Shown piece after piece: positions 40,323-50,166 of a stretch of DNA of 64,000 nt. Where the stretch lies: positions 98,847 through 162,846 of the forward strand of contig JAXGPL010000002.1 of NCBI GenBank assembly GCA_040766985.1. The letters run 5' to 3'. Every line of letters starts with the position of its first letter. The stretch's first letter is position 1. The notes beneath the pieces are model-generated. The model had not been told where the DNA came from, did not search any database, and saw only the letters and a program-made list of their open reading frames with translations. This stretch comes from Bacillota bacterium (GTDB taxonomy: Bacteria; Bacillota; Sulfobacillia; JAUYEG01). Made by a program: the position numbers and the translations under genes.

Positions 40323-43017
40323 ATGGCCCGGATGCGGGTTCACGAACTGGCAAAACTTCTCGGCGTGGAATCGTCCAAGGTACTGGAGATCCTCGCCGGG
40401 TTAGGTTTGGATGCCGCCAACCACATGGTGATGGTCGACGATCAGGCGGCAAGCGCGGTTCGCTCCGCGCTCACGCGTGAAGCATTGCTCAAACAACGTC
40501 AGGCCATGCAGGCCAGGCAAACCGGCGGCAGGCCCGGGCAGCCGCAGGCGAAGGTCGTCCGGAGAGCCCGCACGGTGGAGCCGGCAGTCCCGGTTCAAAA
40601 GGCACGGGTCATCCGCCCCGCCGAGGGACTCACCTGCCGTGCGGCGGGCAGAGGCTCCCGCACAGCCTCTGGAGACCCCTAAAGCTCGCGCGGTCCCCGC
40701 AGCGGAGGCTGCTCAGGCGGCGCATGCTGCGGCCGGCGGGGCAACCCCCGAGGCAGTGCAATCCGGGGCCATTCCCGGTGTCCCGGTTGCGCCGGAGGCT
40801 GGCACAAAATCCCCGGCTGCCGGTGTAGCCGGTCAGGCCGCGCCGGAGGCGCAGGCAACAGGCGAGGCAGCGAGCGCCCGGCCCGAGCCGGGAGCCGCGC
40901 GCGCCCGTCCGACAACGCCTCAGGCCAGGACGGAAGGGCGCTCTGACGGCACCGCCAGGCCCGCCCGCAAACCGGTCCGGGCTGCGACAGGCCGTCCGGC
41001 ACCCGGGACACCCGGCGCAGCCGGTGAAGAAGATGCAGGCGACGAGCAGGGGCGCCAGGCAACTGCACGCAGCGCCGCTGCACGGCCACGCGGCACGGGA
41101 CCGGTGGCAGCCCCCGCCAGGCGCAGGCCGGGCGGCGGTGGCGCACGGCCAGGCGCAAGGCCGTGGACCGGCGGGGGGCGTTCGCGTTCGGGTGGCGGGA
41201 CGGGTCGCACACGGCGCGGCCGCAGCCAGCGGCACTCAGCCGAATCGCGGCGGCCGGTGCGCAAGACCAACGTGACGATAGAAGGGCCGATCACCGTCAA
41301 GCAGTTGGCCGCAGACATCGGGGCGCCGATGGCCGAAGCCGTCAAGACGCTGATGGGCATGGGCATTATGGCCAACGTCAACCAGACGTTGGATGTGGAT
41401 ATCGCGCGCAAGCTTGCCGCTGAACTAGGTGCACAGGTGGAGGTTCCGGGGGCGGCAGGGGATGAGGACGCGTCGAGGCCCGCGATTAAGGAGAAGGCGG
41501 GCAAGTTCCTGCTTGATCGCCCGCCGGTGATCACTGTGATGGGGCACGTCGACCACGGCAAGACGACTCTTCTCGACACCATCCGCCGGACCAACGTCGT
41601 CGCCCAGGAAGCCGGCGGCATCACTCAGCACATCGGTGCGTCGGTGGTTTCCTGGAACGACAAGAAGCTGGTCTTCATCGATACCCCGGGCCACGAGGCC
41701 TTCACGGCGATGCGGGCCCGCGGGGCAAAGGTGACTGACGTCGTCATCCTGGTCGTGGCCGCGGACGATGGTGTCAAGCCGCAGACCGTCGAAGCCATCA
41801 ACCATATCCGGGCCGCCAAGGTTCCCATGATTGTGGCGGTTAACAAGATCGACCGGCCCGGCGCCGATGCCGAGCGCGTCAAGCGGCAGCTGACCGAGCA
41901 GGGCGTCGTTCCGGAGGATTGGGGTGGCGACACGGTTTTCGTGGAGGTTTCCGCCCTCCAGGGCACCGGAGTAGACAATCTGCTCGAGATGATCGTTCTG
42001 GTCAGCGAGATGCAGGAACTCAAGGCCAATCCGCTTCGGCCGGCCAAGGGCACGGTCATCGAGGCCAAGCTCGACCGGTCGCGTGGCCCTGTTGCGACCG
42101 TCCTCATTCAGACGGGCACTCTCCGGGTCGGCGACACTGTCGTCGCCGGCGCCGCATTCGGCCGCGTCCGGGCGCTCTACGACTACCGTGGCGAGCGCCT
42201 TGAGCAGGCGGGCCCGTCGCAACCCGTGGAGATTCTCGGCCTGGCGGACGTTCCGCAGGCGGGCGAGCAGTTCGAGGCGGTCGAGGATGACAAGGTCGCG
42301 CGTGAGATGGTCGCCAAGGTCAGCGGCGACCGCAGGGCGGAGCAGACCGCAAGGACGTTGCTGAGCCTGGAGGATCTCTACCAGAACATCCAGTCGGGCG
42401 CTGTCAAGGACCTCAATGTTGTTGTCAAGTCCGACGTCCACGGATCGCTCGAGGCGTTACAGGGTTCGCTTTCAGGCCTCGAACTGCCGGAAGTCCGCCT
42501 CCACGTCCTGCACGGGGGGGTCGGGCCCATTTCGGAGTCCGACGTCATGCTTGCGGCGAGCAGCAATGCAATCGTCATCGGCTTCAATGTGCGGCCCGAT
42601 GCCAACGCGCGCAAGGTCGCCCAGCAAGAGCAGGTCGACATCAGGTCCTACCAGATAATTTACGAGATCCTGGACGACATCACTGCTGCCGCGAAGGGTA
42701 TGCTGCAGCCCAAGATGCAGAAGGTACTTATCGGAAAGGCCCAGGTCAGAGCGATGTTCAGCGTCCCGCGTGTGGGCATGGTCGCAGGGTGCTATGTGCA
42801 GGACGGGCGGATCGCGCGCAACGCCGAGGTCCGTGTCCTGCGTGACGGCGCGCTGCTGCATGAGGGAAGGATCAGCTCGCTCAAGCGGTTTAAGGATGAC
42901 GTCCGCGAGGTGCAGTCTGGGTTCGAGTGCGGTATCGGTGTGGAGGGCTTCGAGAGTTTCCAAGAAGGTGACATAATCGAAGCCTACTTGACAGAACGAG
43001 TGGAACGCGCTTCCTGA
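40323..43017 (+). pseudogene. infB: Translation initiation factor IF-2, one frame break in the low-complexity linker (about 40560-40680)
   Basis: IF2-N domain MARMRVHELAKLLGVESSKVLEIL in frame 0 ends at 40682. The main ORF (frame 1) carries an A/P/G/R-rich linker, the G domain ([26 protein letters not shown]) and the C-terminal domains. Confidence 0.9.
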
Positions 43018-43030
43018 CGGGTGGCAGCCG

Positions 43031-43330
43031 ATGGTCGTCGGTATGGCTAGGGCGGAGCTTGAATTGCCCGCTGGCGGCACGCTAAAGGACAAACGCCGGG
43101 TTATCAAGGGGCTTACGTCGCGGATCCGGCAGCGGTTCGAGGTGGCGTGCGCCGAGGTTTCACGGCTTGACGATCATCACCGGGCGACCCTCGGGATCGC
43201 GGTGGTGGCCAACGATGGCGGTCACGTGGGCGTGGTGCTGGCCCGGGTGGAGTCCTTTCTCGCAGCAGCGCAGGATGCGCTGCTGCTCGACTACTACACG
43301 GAAACCGCGCGCCTTGCCCCGGGCCCGTAA
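43031..43330 (+). CDS. ylxP: DUF503 protein (YlxP-like)
   Basis: MVVGMARAELELPAGGTLKDKRRVIKGLTSRIRQRF. Conserved position between infB and rbfA. Confidence 0.85.
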   Translation: MVVGMARAELELPAGGTLKDKRRVIKGLTSRIRQRFEVACAEVSRLDDHHRATLGIAVVANDGGHVGVVLARVESFLAAAQDALLLDYYTETARLAPGP

Positions 43331-43354
43331 GCATATCGCACGGAGGACGATGAA

Positions 43355-43721
43355 GTGGACGAACTGCGTTCGGAGCGTGTCGCCCGGGCGTTGCGGCGGG
43401 AGATATCCGACATCCTGCGCAACGAGATCAAAGACCCGCGGGTCGGCTTTGTTTCGATCACCGACGTCGAGGTCAGCCCCGATTTGCGCCAGGCGAAGTG
43501 TGTACTTCAGCGTGATGGGCGCCGGCGACGAGAAAAAACGTGCGGCAGAGGGGCTTAATAGCGCGACGGGCTTTATCCGGACGGAGGTCGGCCGGCGAAT
43601 CAGGCTCCGCCACGCGCCGGAAATCGCCTTTGCGCTTGATGAATCCATCGAGCGCGGCGTGCGTGTGATCGACTTGATGAATAAGCTTGCCGATCAAAGG
43701 CCCGGGCCAAAGGGGAGCTGA
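43355..43721 (+). pseudogene. rbfA: Ribosome-binding factor A, one frameshift near 43495
   Basis: [41 protein letters not shown], then [44 protein letters not shown] in the next frame. Confidence 0.9.
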
Positions 43722-43726
43722 ACGGC

Positions 43727-44711
43727 TTGTCTTCGCCCCCGCAGGAGGTCATCGCCTGGCCTCAAGGGAGTCGCCGGCCAAACCGTGTACGTGGTCACGC
43801 ACGAGGCCCCGGACGGCGATGCCATCGGCTCGCTTCTCGCGGCGGCCAACCTGCTTGATTCCCTTGGCGCGAGCACAGCCATGTTATGCGCCGATCCCGT
43901 GCCAGAGGTCTACCGGTTCTTGGCGGGAGCCCGATCGATCGTCGAGGGTATCCCGGCGCTGCCCGGTGGCGCCGCCGAGGATGCGCACCTGTTCGTCGAC
44001 TGAGGCGAGCGCGCCCGTGCGGGCACGCTCGCCGGGCAACTGCGCGAAGGCCTATTCACGGTGAGCTTTGACCACCACACCTCAAACGACCGGTTCGCCG
44101 ACCTCAACTGGGTGGCGCCGGAGGCGTCGTCGACGGGCGAGATGCTGGCCAACCTCTATCTCGCGACCGGCACGCCGTTTGGCCCTGCCCGGGACGCCAT
44201 CTACACAGCGATCGTTACCGACACGGGTGGGTTTGCTTTCGAGAGCACCGCCGCCGGCACCCATGAAGCGGCAGCCGCCCTCCTGCGCGCAGGCGCCAGG
44301 CCGGGCGACCTGCACGACCTCATCTATAACTCGCGCGACCGCGCCGCCCTCGGCCTTCTTGGCCGGGCTTTGGCTTCGCTTGAGGTGGACGCCGGCGGTC
44401 GTATCGCTCATATTGTGCTGCGGCCCGAGGATTTCCAGGCCAGCGGGGCCGGGCAGCAGCACACCGACGGGATCGTCAACTACGCCCGGAGCCTAAAGGG
44501 CGTCGATATCGGCCTCTTCTTCTACAGCATCAAGCCGGGAGAGGTCAAGGTGGGCATCCGCACGCGTACCCCGGTCCCTGCACACGGTATCGCCGAGGCC
44601 TTCGGCGGCGGCGGCCATCCCAGGGCTGCCGGCTGCAGGCTCAAGGGCGACCTCAAGGAGGTTGTCGAGCAGGTGTTGGCGGAGGCGCGGAGGCACCTTG
44701 GAGGGCAATGA
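43727..44711 (+). pseudogene. nrnA: DHH/DHHA1 phosphoesterase NrnA (oligoribonuclease/pAp phosphatase), one frameshift plus an in-frame TGA
   Basis: TTG at 43727. VYVVTHEAPDGDAIGS, FDHHTSN, TDTGGF, GGGHPRAAG. Frameshift near 43765. In-frame TGA at 44001-44003 between LFVD and GERARAG, with the same frame on both sides. Confidence 0.85.
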
Positions 44712-45721
44712 GCGCCAATATCCCCCCTGAAGGCGGAGTCCTCGGACTCCTTAAGCCGCCGGGAATGACTTCGCACGATGTGGTCCACGCCTGCCGGAGC
44801 CTCCTGGGCACCAGGAACGTGGGGCATACGGGTACGCTCGATCCGCTCGCCGCAGGAGTGCTCCCCCTCGTATTCGGGCCCGCTACCAGGCTCTCCGAGC
44901 AGCTTGCCTGGCCCGCAAAGGTCTACCGGGCGGAAGCCGTGTTCGGGATCAGGACCGACAGTGGCGACCTCGAGGGACAGGTCGTCGCGGAGGACGATTC
45001 AGAGGCGACGGAGATCACCCTCGACCTCGTTCGGGCGGCCGGCGAAAGGCTCGTGGGCAGAAGGCTTCAGGTTCCATCGCCCTTCTCGGCCCGGAAGGTG
45101 AACGGCCGGAGGCTATACCAGCTGGCCCGTCGAGGCCGGGTTCGTGAGCGGCACCTCCGGGAGGCCGCGCGCGAAATCGAGGTCTATTCGGTGCGGGTGC
45201 TCGGCTCTGGACCGCTCAGTTGGGGCAAACATGCGGCGCGGCCGGCCGCCCTTCTGGAGTTCGTCTGTTCCGGCGGTACCTATGTGCGGCAGCTGGTGGA
45301 AGAACTCGCGGCCGGCCTCGGCACGGTGGCTTGCCTTTCGTTTCTGGTCCGTACCGCCTGCGCGGGCATTCGGGCCGCGGACTGTGTCACATTGGACGAT
45401 GTGGCCATGCCGTCCGCCGCACTCCCCTACGACCGGTTCGGCTGCGCGTGGCGGCGGCCTGCGCAGGCAGTCGGGTTTCTCCCGGTAGTTGTTGTCGGGC
45501 CGAACACGGCGAGGCAGGTTGGGCACGGCGTCGCCATCACCGGCCGTGCCGGGGAGAGGCGCGATCCGGGCTTCCCCGTTGATGCCTCGGCTGACGGCTG
45601 GCTGGCCATCGTTGATGAGGCGATGCGGCTCGTCGCCCTGGCCCGGGCGGAAGGCGGCGAAGGCCGGGACGGCGGCTGCCTGCCGCGGTTGCAGCCGAGA
45701 AAGGTTTTCCAGCCATGCTGA
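44708..45721 (+). CDS. truB: tRNA pseudouridine55 synthase TruB
   Basis: GVLGLLKPPGMTSHDVV, GHTGTLDPLAAGVLPL. ATGA overlap with nrnA. Confidence 0.93.
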   Translation: MSANIPPEGGVLGLLKPPGMTSHDVVHACRSLLGTRNVGHTGTLDPLAAGVLPLVFGPATRLSEQLAWPAKVYRAEAVFGIRTDSGDLEGQVVAEDDSEATEITLDLVRAAGERLVGRRLQVPSPFSARKVNGRRLYQLARRGRVRERHLREAAREIEVYSVRVLGSGPLSWGKHAARPAALLEFVCSGGTYVRQLVEELAAGLGTVACLSFLVRTACAGIRAADCVTLDDVAMPSAALPYDRFGCAWRRPAQAVGFLPVVVVGPNTARQVGHGVAITGRAGERRDPGFPVDASADGWLAIVDEAMRLVALARAEGGEGRDGGCLPRLQPRKVFQPC

Positions 45722-46677
45722 TCGCCCGCGAGATCCGGCAGCTCAAACGGTACGCGGGCCGTGTCGCCGTGGCGATCGGGGTCTTCGACGGGGTGCATAT
45801 GGGGCATCGAACAATCCTCGGCGAGATGGTCGCCTTGTGCCGGGCCCGGGGACACTTGCCCGTGGCGGTGACTTTCGAGCCCCACCCGGCGGAGGTCCTG
45901 GGCAAAGCAGCGGGCGCTGACCGGCTTACCACACTTGCCGAGAAGGCTAGGCTCATCGCAGCCACCGGGGTCGACTTCCTGCTTGCCATCCCGTTCGACC
46001 GCTCCTTCGCGGACCTTTCCGCGCGGGATTTCGTCCACGATTTCCTCGCCGGGCCGCTGGACCCCAAGGCCGTCCACGTCGGGTTCAACTTTAGTTTCGG
46101 CCGCCGCGGCGAGGGCGACGCCCGCCTGCTCAGTGATCTTGGCGAGGTGCACGGATTTGCGGTCAGGGTCTTTGGCCCCTTGATGGGCAACGGGGAGGTC
46201 GTCAGCAGCACGAGAATCAGGGAGGCCGTTCTGGCGGGAGACGTCCGCCGCGCGACACGGCTTCTGGGGCGGCCGTACCGCCTGCGCGGTGAGGTCGTAC
46301 ACGGTGACGGCCGGGGGAGCAGCCTCGGGTTTCCAACTGCGAACGTCGAGCCCGATCCCTGCGTGCTCAGGCCCGGCGGCGGCGTCTACGCTGCTTGGGC
46401 GGCGGTGGGCGGGCGCGCCTGGCCGGCGGTGGTCAACGTCGGCACGCGGCCGACCTTCGGTGAAGGGGGGCAGGCCACGGTGGAGGCGCATCTTGTTGGT
46501 TTTAGCGGGACGATATACGGCCGCAGCCTGGAGATACTGTTCGTTGAAAGGATGCGTGACGAGATGCGTTTTGCGACGTCCGGGTCGCTATCCCGCCAGA
46601 TCGACGCCGACATCGCGGACGCTCTCAGAGCCCTGAACTTGCGCAACACGCACGGCGCGGCGCACGACGGCTGTTAA
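45715..46677 (+). CDS. ribF: Bifunctional riboflavin kinase / FMN adenylyltransferase
   Basis: VAIGVFDGVHMGHRTIL, GDGRGSSLGFPTANV, FVERMRDEMRF. Confidence 0.93.
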   Translation: MLIAREIRQLKRYAGRVAVAIGVFDGVHMGHRTILGEMVALCRARGHLPVAVTFEPHPAEVLGKAAGADRLTTLAEKARLIAATGVDFLLAIPFDRSFADLSARDFVHDFLAGPLDPKAVHVGFNFSFGRRGEGDARLLSDLGEVHGFAVRVFGPLMGNGEVVSSTRIREAVLAGDVRRATRLLGRPYRLRGEVVHGDGRGSSLGFPTANVEPDPCVLRPGGGVYAAWAAVGGRAWPAVVNVGTRPTFGEGGQATVEAHLVGFSGTIYGRSLEILFVERMRDEMRFATSGSLSRQIDADIADALRALNLRNTHGAAHDGC

Positions 46678-46688
46678 TGTGGTAATAT

Positions 46689-46697
46689 TGTTACAAT
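46689..46697 (+). promoter_or_regulatory. Extended -10 element (TGtTACAAT) upstream of rpsO
   Basis: TGTTACAAT in a short AT-rich island just after the ribF stop. There is no good -35. Confidence 0.4.
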
Positions 46698-46787
46698 CCG
46701 CCGAAAGGCGGCTCCGAACCCCGGCTCAGAGCGCCGAGTACCCCGACGGGCTCTTGGCCGGTGGGGATTTCACGCAAAGGGGGTGTC
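46698..46787 (+). promoter_or_regulatory. Structured rpsO 5' leader (candidate S15 autoregulatory element)
   Basis: CCGCC-gaaa-GGCGG hairpin, then a long irregular helix (CCCCGGC...GCCGGtGG enclosing CAGAGC...GCTCTtG) that ends about 12 nt before the GGGGGTG Shine-Dalgarno. Confidence 0.35.
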
Positions 46788-46790
46788 ATG

Positions 46791-47060
46791 ATGCCTCTCA
46801 GCCAGGATCTCAAGCAGACGATTATCGCTGATAACCGCCGGCATGACGGTGACACCGGTTCACCCGAGATCCAGATCGCGTTGCTCACCCGCCGGATTGC
46901 CGACCTCACCGAGCATCTCAAGGCGCATAAGCGGGATTTCCACTCGCGGCGTGGGCTGCTCAAGATGGTTGGGCAGCGTCGTGGTTTGCTGAACTACCTG
47001 CGCGACCACGAGATCGACCGGTACAGGGCGATAATCGAAAAACTCCAGCTTCGGAGATAA
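46791..47060 (+). CDS. rpsO: 30S ribosomal protein S15
   Basis: 89 aa from the second ATG (6 nt after GGGGGTG). [45 protein letters not shown]. Confidence 0.95.
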   Translation: MPLSQDLKQTIIADNRRHDGDTGSPEIQIALLTRRIADLTEHLKAHKRDFHSRRGLLKMVGQRRGLLNYLRDHEIDRYRAIIEKLQLRR

Positions 47061-47067
47061 GCACACG

Positions 47068-47091
47068 GGAAGGCGGGGCGACCCGCCTTCC
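47068..47091 (+). terminator. Hairpin between rpsO and pnp (partial terminator or processing site)
   Basis: GGAAGGCGGG-gcga-CCCGCCTTCC 10-bp perfect stem. No U tract. Confidence 0.5.
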
Positions 47092-47156
47092 GCGCTAGTT
47101 CCCGTCGGCCGGGAGTCATCGGCGCCGCGGGTGATAGGAGGGTAAGTAGGCAGCAC

Positions 47157-49268
47157 ATGATCAAGCAATATGAACTGGAGATCGCCGGACGTACGTTGTC
47201 TTTCGAATTCGGCCGGATGGCCGGGCAGGCCAACGGCAGTGTCCTGGTCCGCTATGGCGATTCCGCCGTGCTGGTAACGGCGACGATGTCCGCCCAACCG
47301 CGGGAGGGCATCGATTTCTTCCCACTCACAGTCGACTATGAAGAGCGGCTCTACGCCGTCGGCAAGATTCCCGGCGGGTTCATCAAGCGTGAGGGACGGC
47401 CGAGCGAAAAAGCGATTCTGGCCGCCCGCCGCACCGACAGGCCGATTAGGTCCGTGTTCCCCGAGGGCATGCGCAACGACGTACAGATCATTTGCACGGT
47501 TCTTTCGGTGGACCACGACGCGTCCGCGGAGTTCTGCGGGATGAACGGGGCCTCGATTGCGCTGGGCGTCAGCGACATCCCGTTCGGTGGCCCTCTGGGC
47601 TCGGTGATGGTCGGCCGCGTGGACGGGCGGATGGTCGTCAACCCCGCCCGCGAGCAGATCGAGCAGAGCGACATGAACCTCATCGTCACCGGCAATGCCC
47701 GTGGCGAAGTCGTGATGATCGAGTTCGGGGGCCGTGAGCTCTCGGAGGATGAGGTCACCGACGGAATCAAGCTCGCGCTTGAGGCGATCGCGGAGATCGT
47801 TGGTCTCCAGCAAAAGATCATCGCCGAAATCGGCAAGCCCAAGGCCGAAGTCCCGGTCTTCGCGATTGACGAGGCGATCGCGGCTCGTATCGAGGCCATG
47901 GCGTCGGAAGAGCTCCGGCAGGTTGTCTTCAACCCGGACAAGCTGAACCGGGAGGCGACGACGGAGAGCCTCCGGAACCGGGTTATCCAATCCTTGAGCG
48001 AGGAGTTCCCCGAGCGGGGCGGAGAGATCTCCGCGGCCTTCGAGGAACTGGCCAAGAAGTTCGTCCGCCGGAGCATCCTTGACGGCCGCAGGCCCGACAA
48101 CCGGCGGCCCGACGAGATCCGCGACCTTGCGGCGGACGTCGCGCTGCTGCCGCGGGCCCACGGCTCAGGGCTGTTCACTCGCGGGCAGACGCAAGTTCTG
48201 ACCGTCGCGACGTTGGGCACGCTGTCCGAGGGACAGCGACTGAATGACGTCGGTTTTGAAGAGTACAAGCGTTACATGCACTTCTACAACTTCCCGCCGT
48301 ACAGCACCGGCGAAACCCGGCCGCTGCGCTCCGCCGGCCGCCGCGAGATCGGCCACGGCGCCCTGGCCGAGAAGGCGCTTGACCCGATGATCCCGCTGGA
48401 GATTGATTTCCCGTACGCGATCCGGCTGGTTTCCGAGGTCCTTGAATCCAACGGGTCGTCGTCGATGGCGTCGGTCTGCGGCAGTACGCTGGCGCTGATG
48501 GATGCCGGGGTCCCGATCAAGGCTCCCGTGGCGGGCATCGCGATGGGCCTGGTTTACGAGCCCGACGGGTACACCATCCTGACGGACATCCAGGGGGCCG
48601 AGGACCACTGGGGCGACATGGACTTCAAGGTCGCCGGCACCCACAACGGCATTACGGCCATCCAACTGGACCTCAAGCTGACCGGCGTACCGATGCAGGT
48701 ACTCGAGGAGGCCATGGTCAAGGCGCGCGACGCCCGTCTCAAGATTCTTGAGGTGCTCACGGGTGCACTGCCGGCGCCGCGCGCCCAGATCTCGCCTTAC
48801 GCCCCGAGGGTCATCGTCATGCACATCGACCCGGAGAAGATCCGCGATGTCATCGGTCCGGGGGGCAAGACCATCAACAAGATCATCGCCGAGACCGGGG
48901 TCAAGATCGACATCGAGGACGACGGCCGGGTGTTCGTTGCAGCGCTCGACGACGACAGCGGCAGCAAGGCCGTGAAGATGATCGAGGACCTGACCAAGGA
49001 CGTGGAAGTCGGAGACTTCTACCTCGGGCGGGTTTCGAGGATCGCCAACTTCGGCGCCTTCGTCGAGGTCGCTCCCGGCAAGGAGGGCCTTGTCCGCATC
49101 GGCGAGCTGGCCGAGGAGCGCATCGGCAAGGTCGAGGATGTCGTGCAGGTTGGCGACCAGATCATGGTCAAGGTGATCGAGATCGATTCACAGGGCAGGA
49201 TCAACCTCTCCCGTCGCCAGGCGCTGCGCAACGGGAAGGGACGCGAGGAGCGTAAGGGCCGCGAGTAA
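47157..49268 (+). CDS. pnp: Polyribonucleotide nucleotidyltransferase (PNPase)
   Basis: 703 aa. Two RNase PH domains, KH (VIGPGGKTINKI) and S1 (GRVSRIANFGAFVEV) domains. Confidence 0.96.
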   Translation: MIKQYELEIAGRTLSFEFGRMAGQANGSVLVRYGDSAVLVTATMSAQPREGIDFFPLTVDYEERLYAVGKIPGGFIKREGRPSEKAILAARRTDRPIRSVFPEGMRNDVQIICTVLSVDHDASAEFCGMNGASIALGVSDIPFGGPLGSVMVGRVDGRMVVNPAREQIEQSDMNLIVTGNARGEVVMIEFGGRELSEDEVTDGIKLALEAIAEIVGLQQKIIAEIGKPKAEVPVFAIDEAIAARIEAMASEELRQVVFNPDKLNREATTESLRNRVIQSLSEEFPERGGEISAAFEELAKKFVRRSILDGRRPDNRRPDEIRDLAADVALLPRAHGSGLFTRGQTQVLTVATLGTLSEGQRLNDVGFEEYKRYMHFYNFPPYSTGETRPLRSAGRREIGHGALAEKALDPMIPLEIDFPYAIRLVSEVLESNGSSSMASVCGSTLALMDAGVPIKAPVAGIAMGLVYEPDGYTILTDIQGAEDHWGDMDFKVAGTHNGITAIQLDLKLTGVPMQVLEEAMVKARDARLKILEVLTGALPAPRAQISPYAPRVIVMHIDPEKIRDVIGPGGKTINKIIAETGVKIDIEDDGRVFVAALDDDSGSKAVKMIEDLTKDVEVGDFYLGRVSRIANFGAFVEVAPGKEGLVRIGELAEERIGKVEDVVQVGDQIMVKVIEIDSQGRINLSRRQALRNGKGREERKGRE

Positions 49269-49290
49269 CGGCGTTCGGCCTGGTCCAGGC

Positions 49291-50163
49291 ATGAGAGTCG
49301 GCGGACACCTCTCGATCGGCCGTGGTTTTTCGGTCATGGCCCGGGAGGCGTGCCGCATTGGCTGTGAGTCGGTCCAGGTCTTTACCCGCAGCCCGCGCGG
49401 GGGCGCCGCAAAGCCGCTGGACGAGTCGGACGTGGCTCAAATGCGGGAGACTCTAGAGGGGGCCGATATCGGTCCCCTTGTTGTTCACACGCCCTACTTC
49501 GTCTCGCCCGCCAACGATAAGCAAGAGGTCGGGGCCCTGGCGACGCAGATGATCGTCGAGGACGGCATCCGCGCCGCCCGCCTCGGCGCGCCGTACATCG
49601 TCGTCCACGCAGGACACCGCAAGAAAGGCGAGCCCGAAGACGCGACGCGCGCGGTGGTTCAGCGGATTGGCGACGCGGTGCGGGTCCTGGAGTCCGAACC
49701 CGAGACGGCGGGCAAGGTCCTGGTACTGCTGGAAAATGGGGCAGGGGGCAGGGGCGACGCCGCAGGCAGCCTCATGCTGTGGGCCGCCTGCATCAAGGGC
49801 GCGTCCGAGGCCGGCTTCCCACTTGGCGGCTGCCTTGACACGGCGCACCTGTGGGCAGCCGGGTGGGATCTCGATCCCGTGCGAACGGAACGCCTGGTCA
49901 CTGCGATTGAGGATGCCGGCATACTGGAACGCCTGCGTGTTGTCCACTTCAACGATTCGTCCGTCGAGGCCGGCTCCCGCAAGGACCGGCATGTCCACAT
50001 CGGAGACGGGGTCATCCCGCTGCCCGTGTTTTCCGCGCTCCTTGGCGATCCCCGCCTCGATGGCGTAGCGGGGATCGTGGAAACCGACCCCGCTGGAGGC
50101 GGGGTTGCCCGGGACGTCGCGACGCTCAAGCAGCTCCGCGCTTCGGCCGGGCAACCGGGGTGA
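49291..50163 (+). CDS. nfo: Endonuclease IV family AP endonuclease
   Basis: VVHTPYFVSPAN, VVHAGH, LLENGAGG, CLDTAHLWAAGWD, VHFNDS..GSRKDRHVHIGDGVI metal-ligand pattern. Confidence 0.85.
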   Translation: MRVGGHLSIGRGFSVMAREACRIGCESVQVFTRSPRGGAAKPLDESDVAQMRETLEGADIGPLVVHTPYFVSPANDKQEVGALATQMIVEDGIRAARLGAPYIVVHAGHRKKGEPEDATRAVVQRIGDAVRVLESEPETAGKVLVLLENGAGGRGDAAGSLMLWAACIKGASEAGFPLGGCLDTAHLWAAGWDLDPVRTERLVTAIEDAGILERLRVVHFNDSSVEAGSRKDRHVHIGDGVIPLPVFSALLGDPRLDGVAGIVETDPAGGGVARDVATLKQLRASAGQPG

Positions 50164-50166
50164 GCC

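Noticed and set aside
40680-41260. Repetitive GC-rich DNA as a possible tandem repeat or CRISPR-like array
   Set aside because: This is the low-complexity coding linker of IF-2, with no fixed-length repeat and spacer organisation. No CRISPR repeats were seen anywhere in the window.
44001-44003. Selenocysteine recoding of the in-frame TGA in nrnA
   Set aside because: No SECIS-like hairpin is evident downstream. NrnA is not a known selenoprotein, and the gene carries an ordinary frameshift 240 nt upstream in an error-rich patch.
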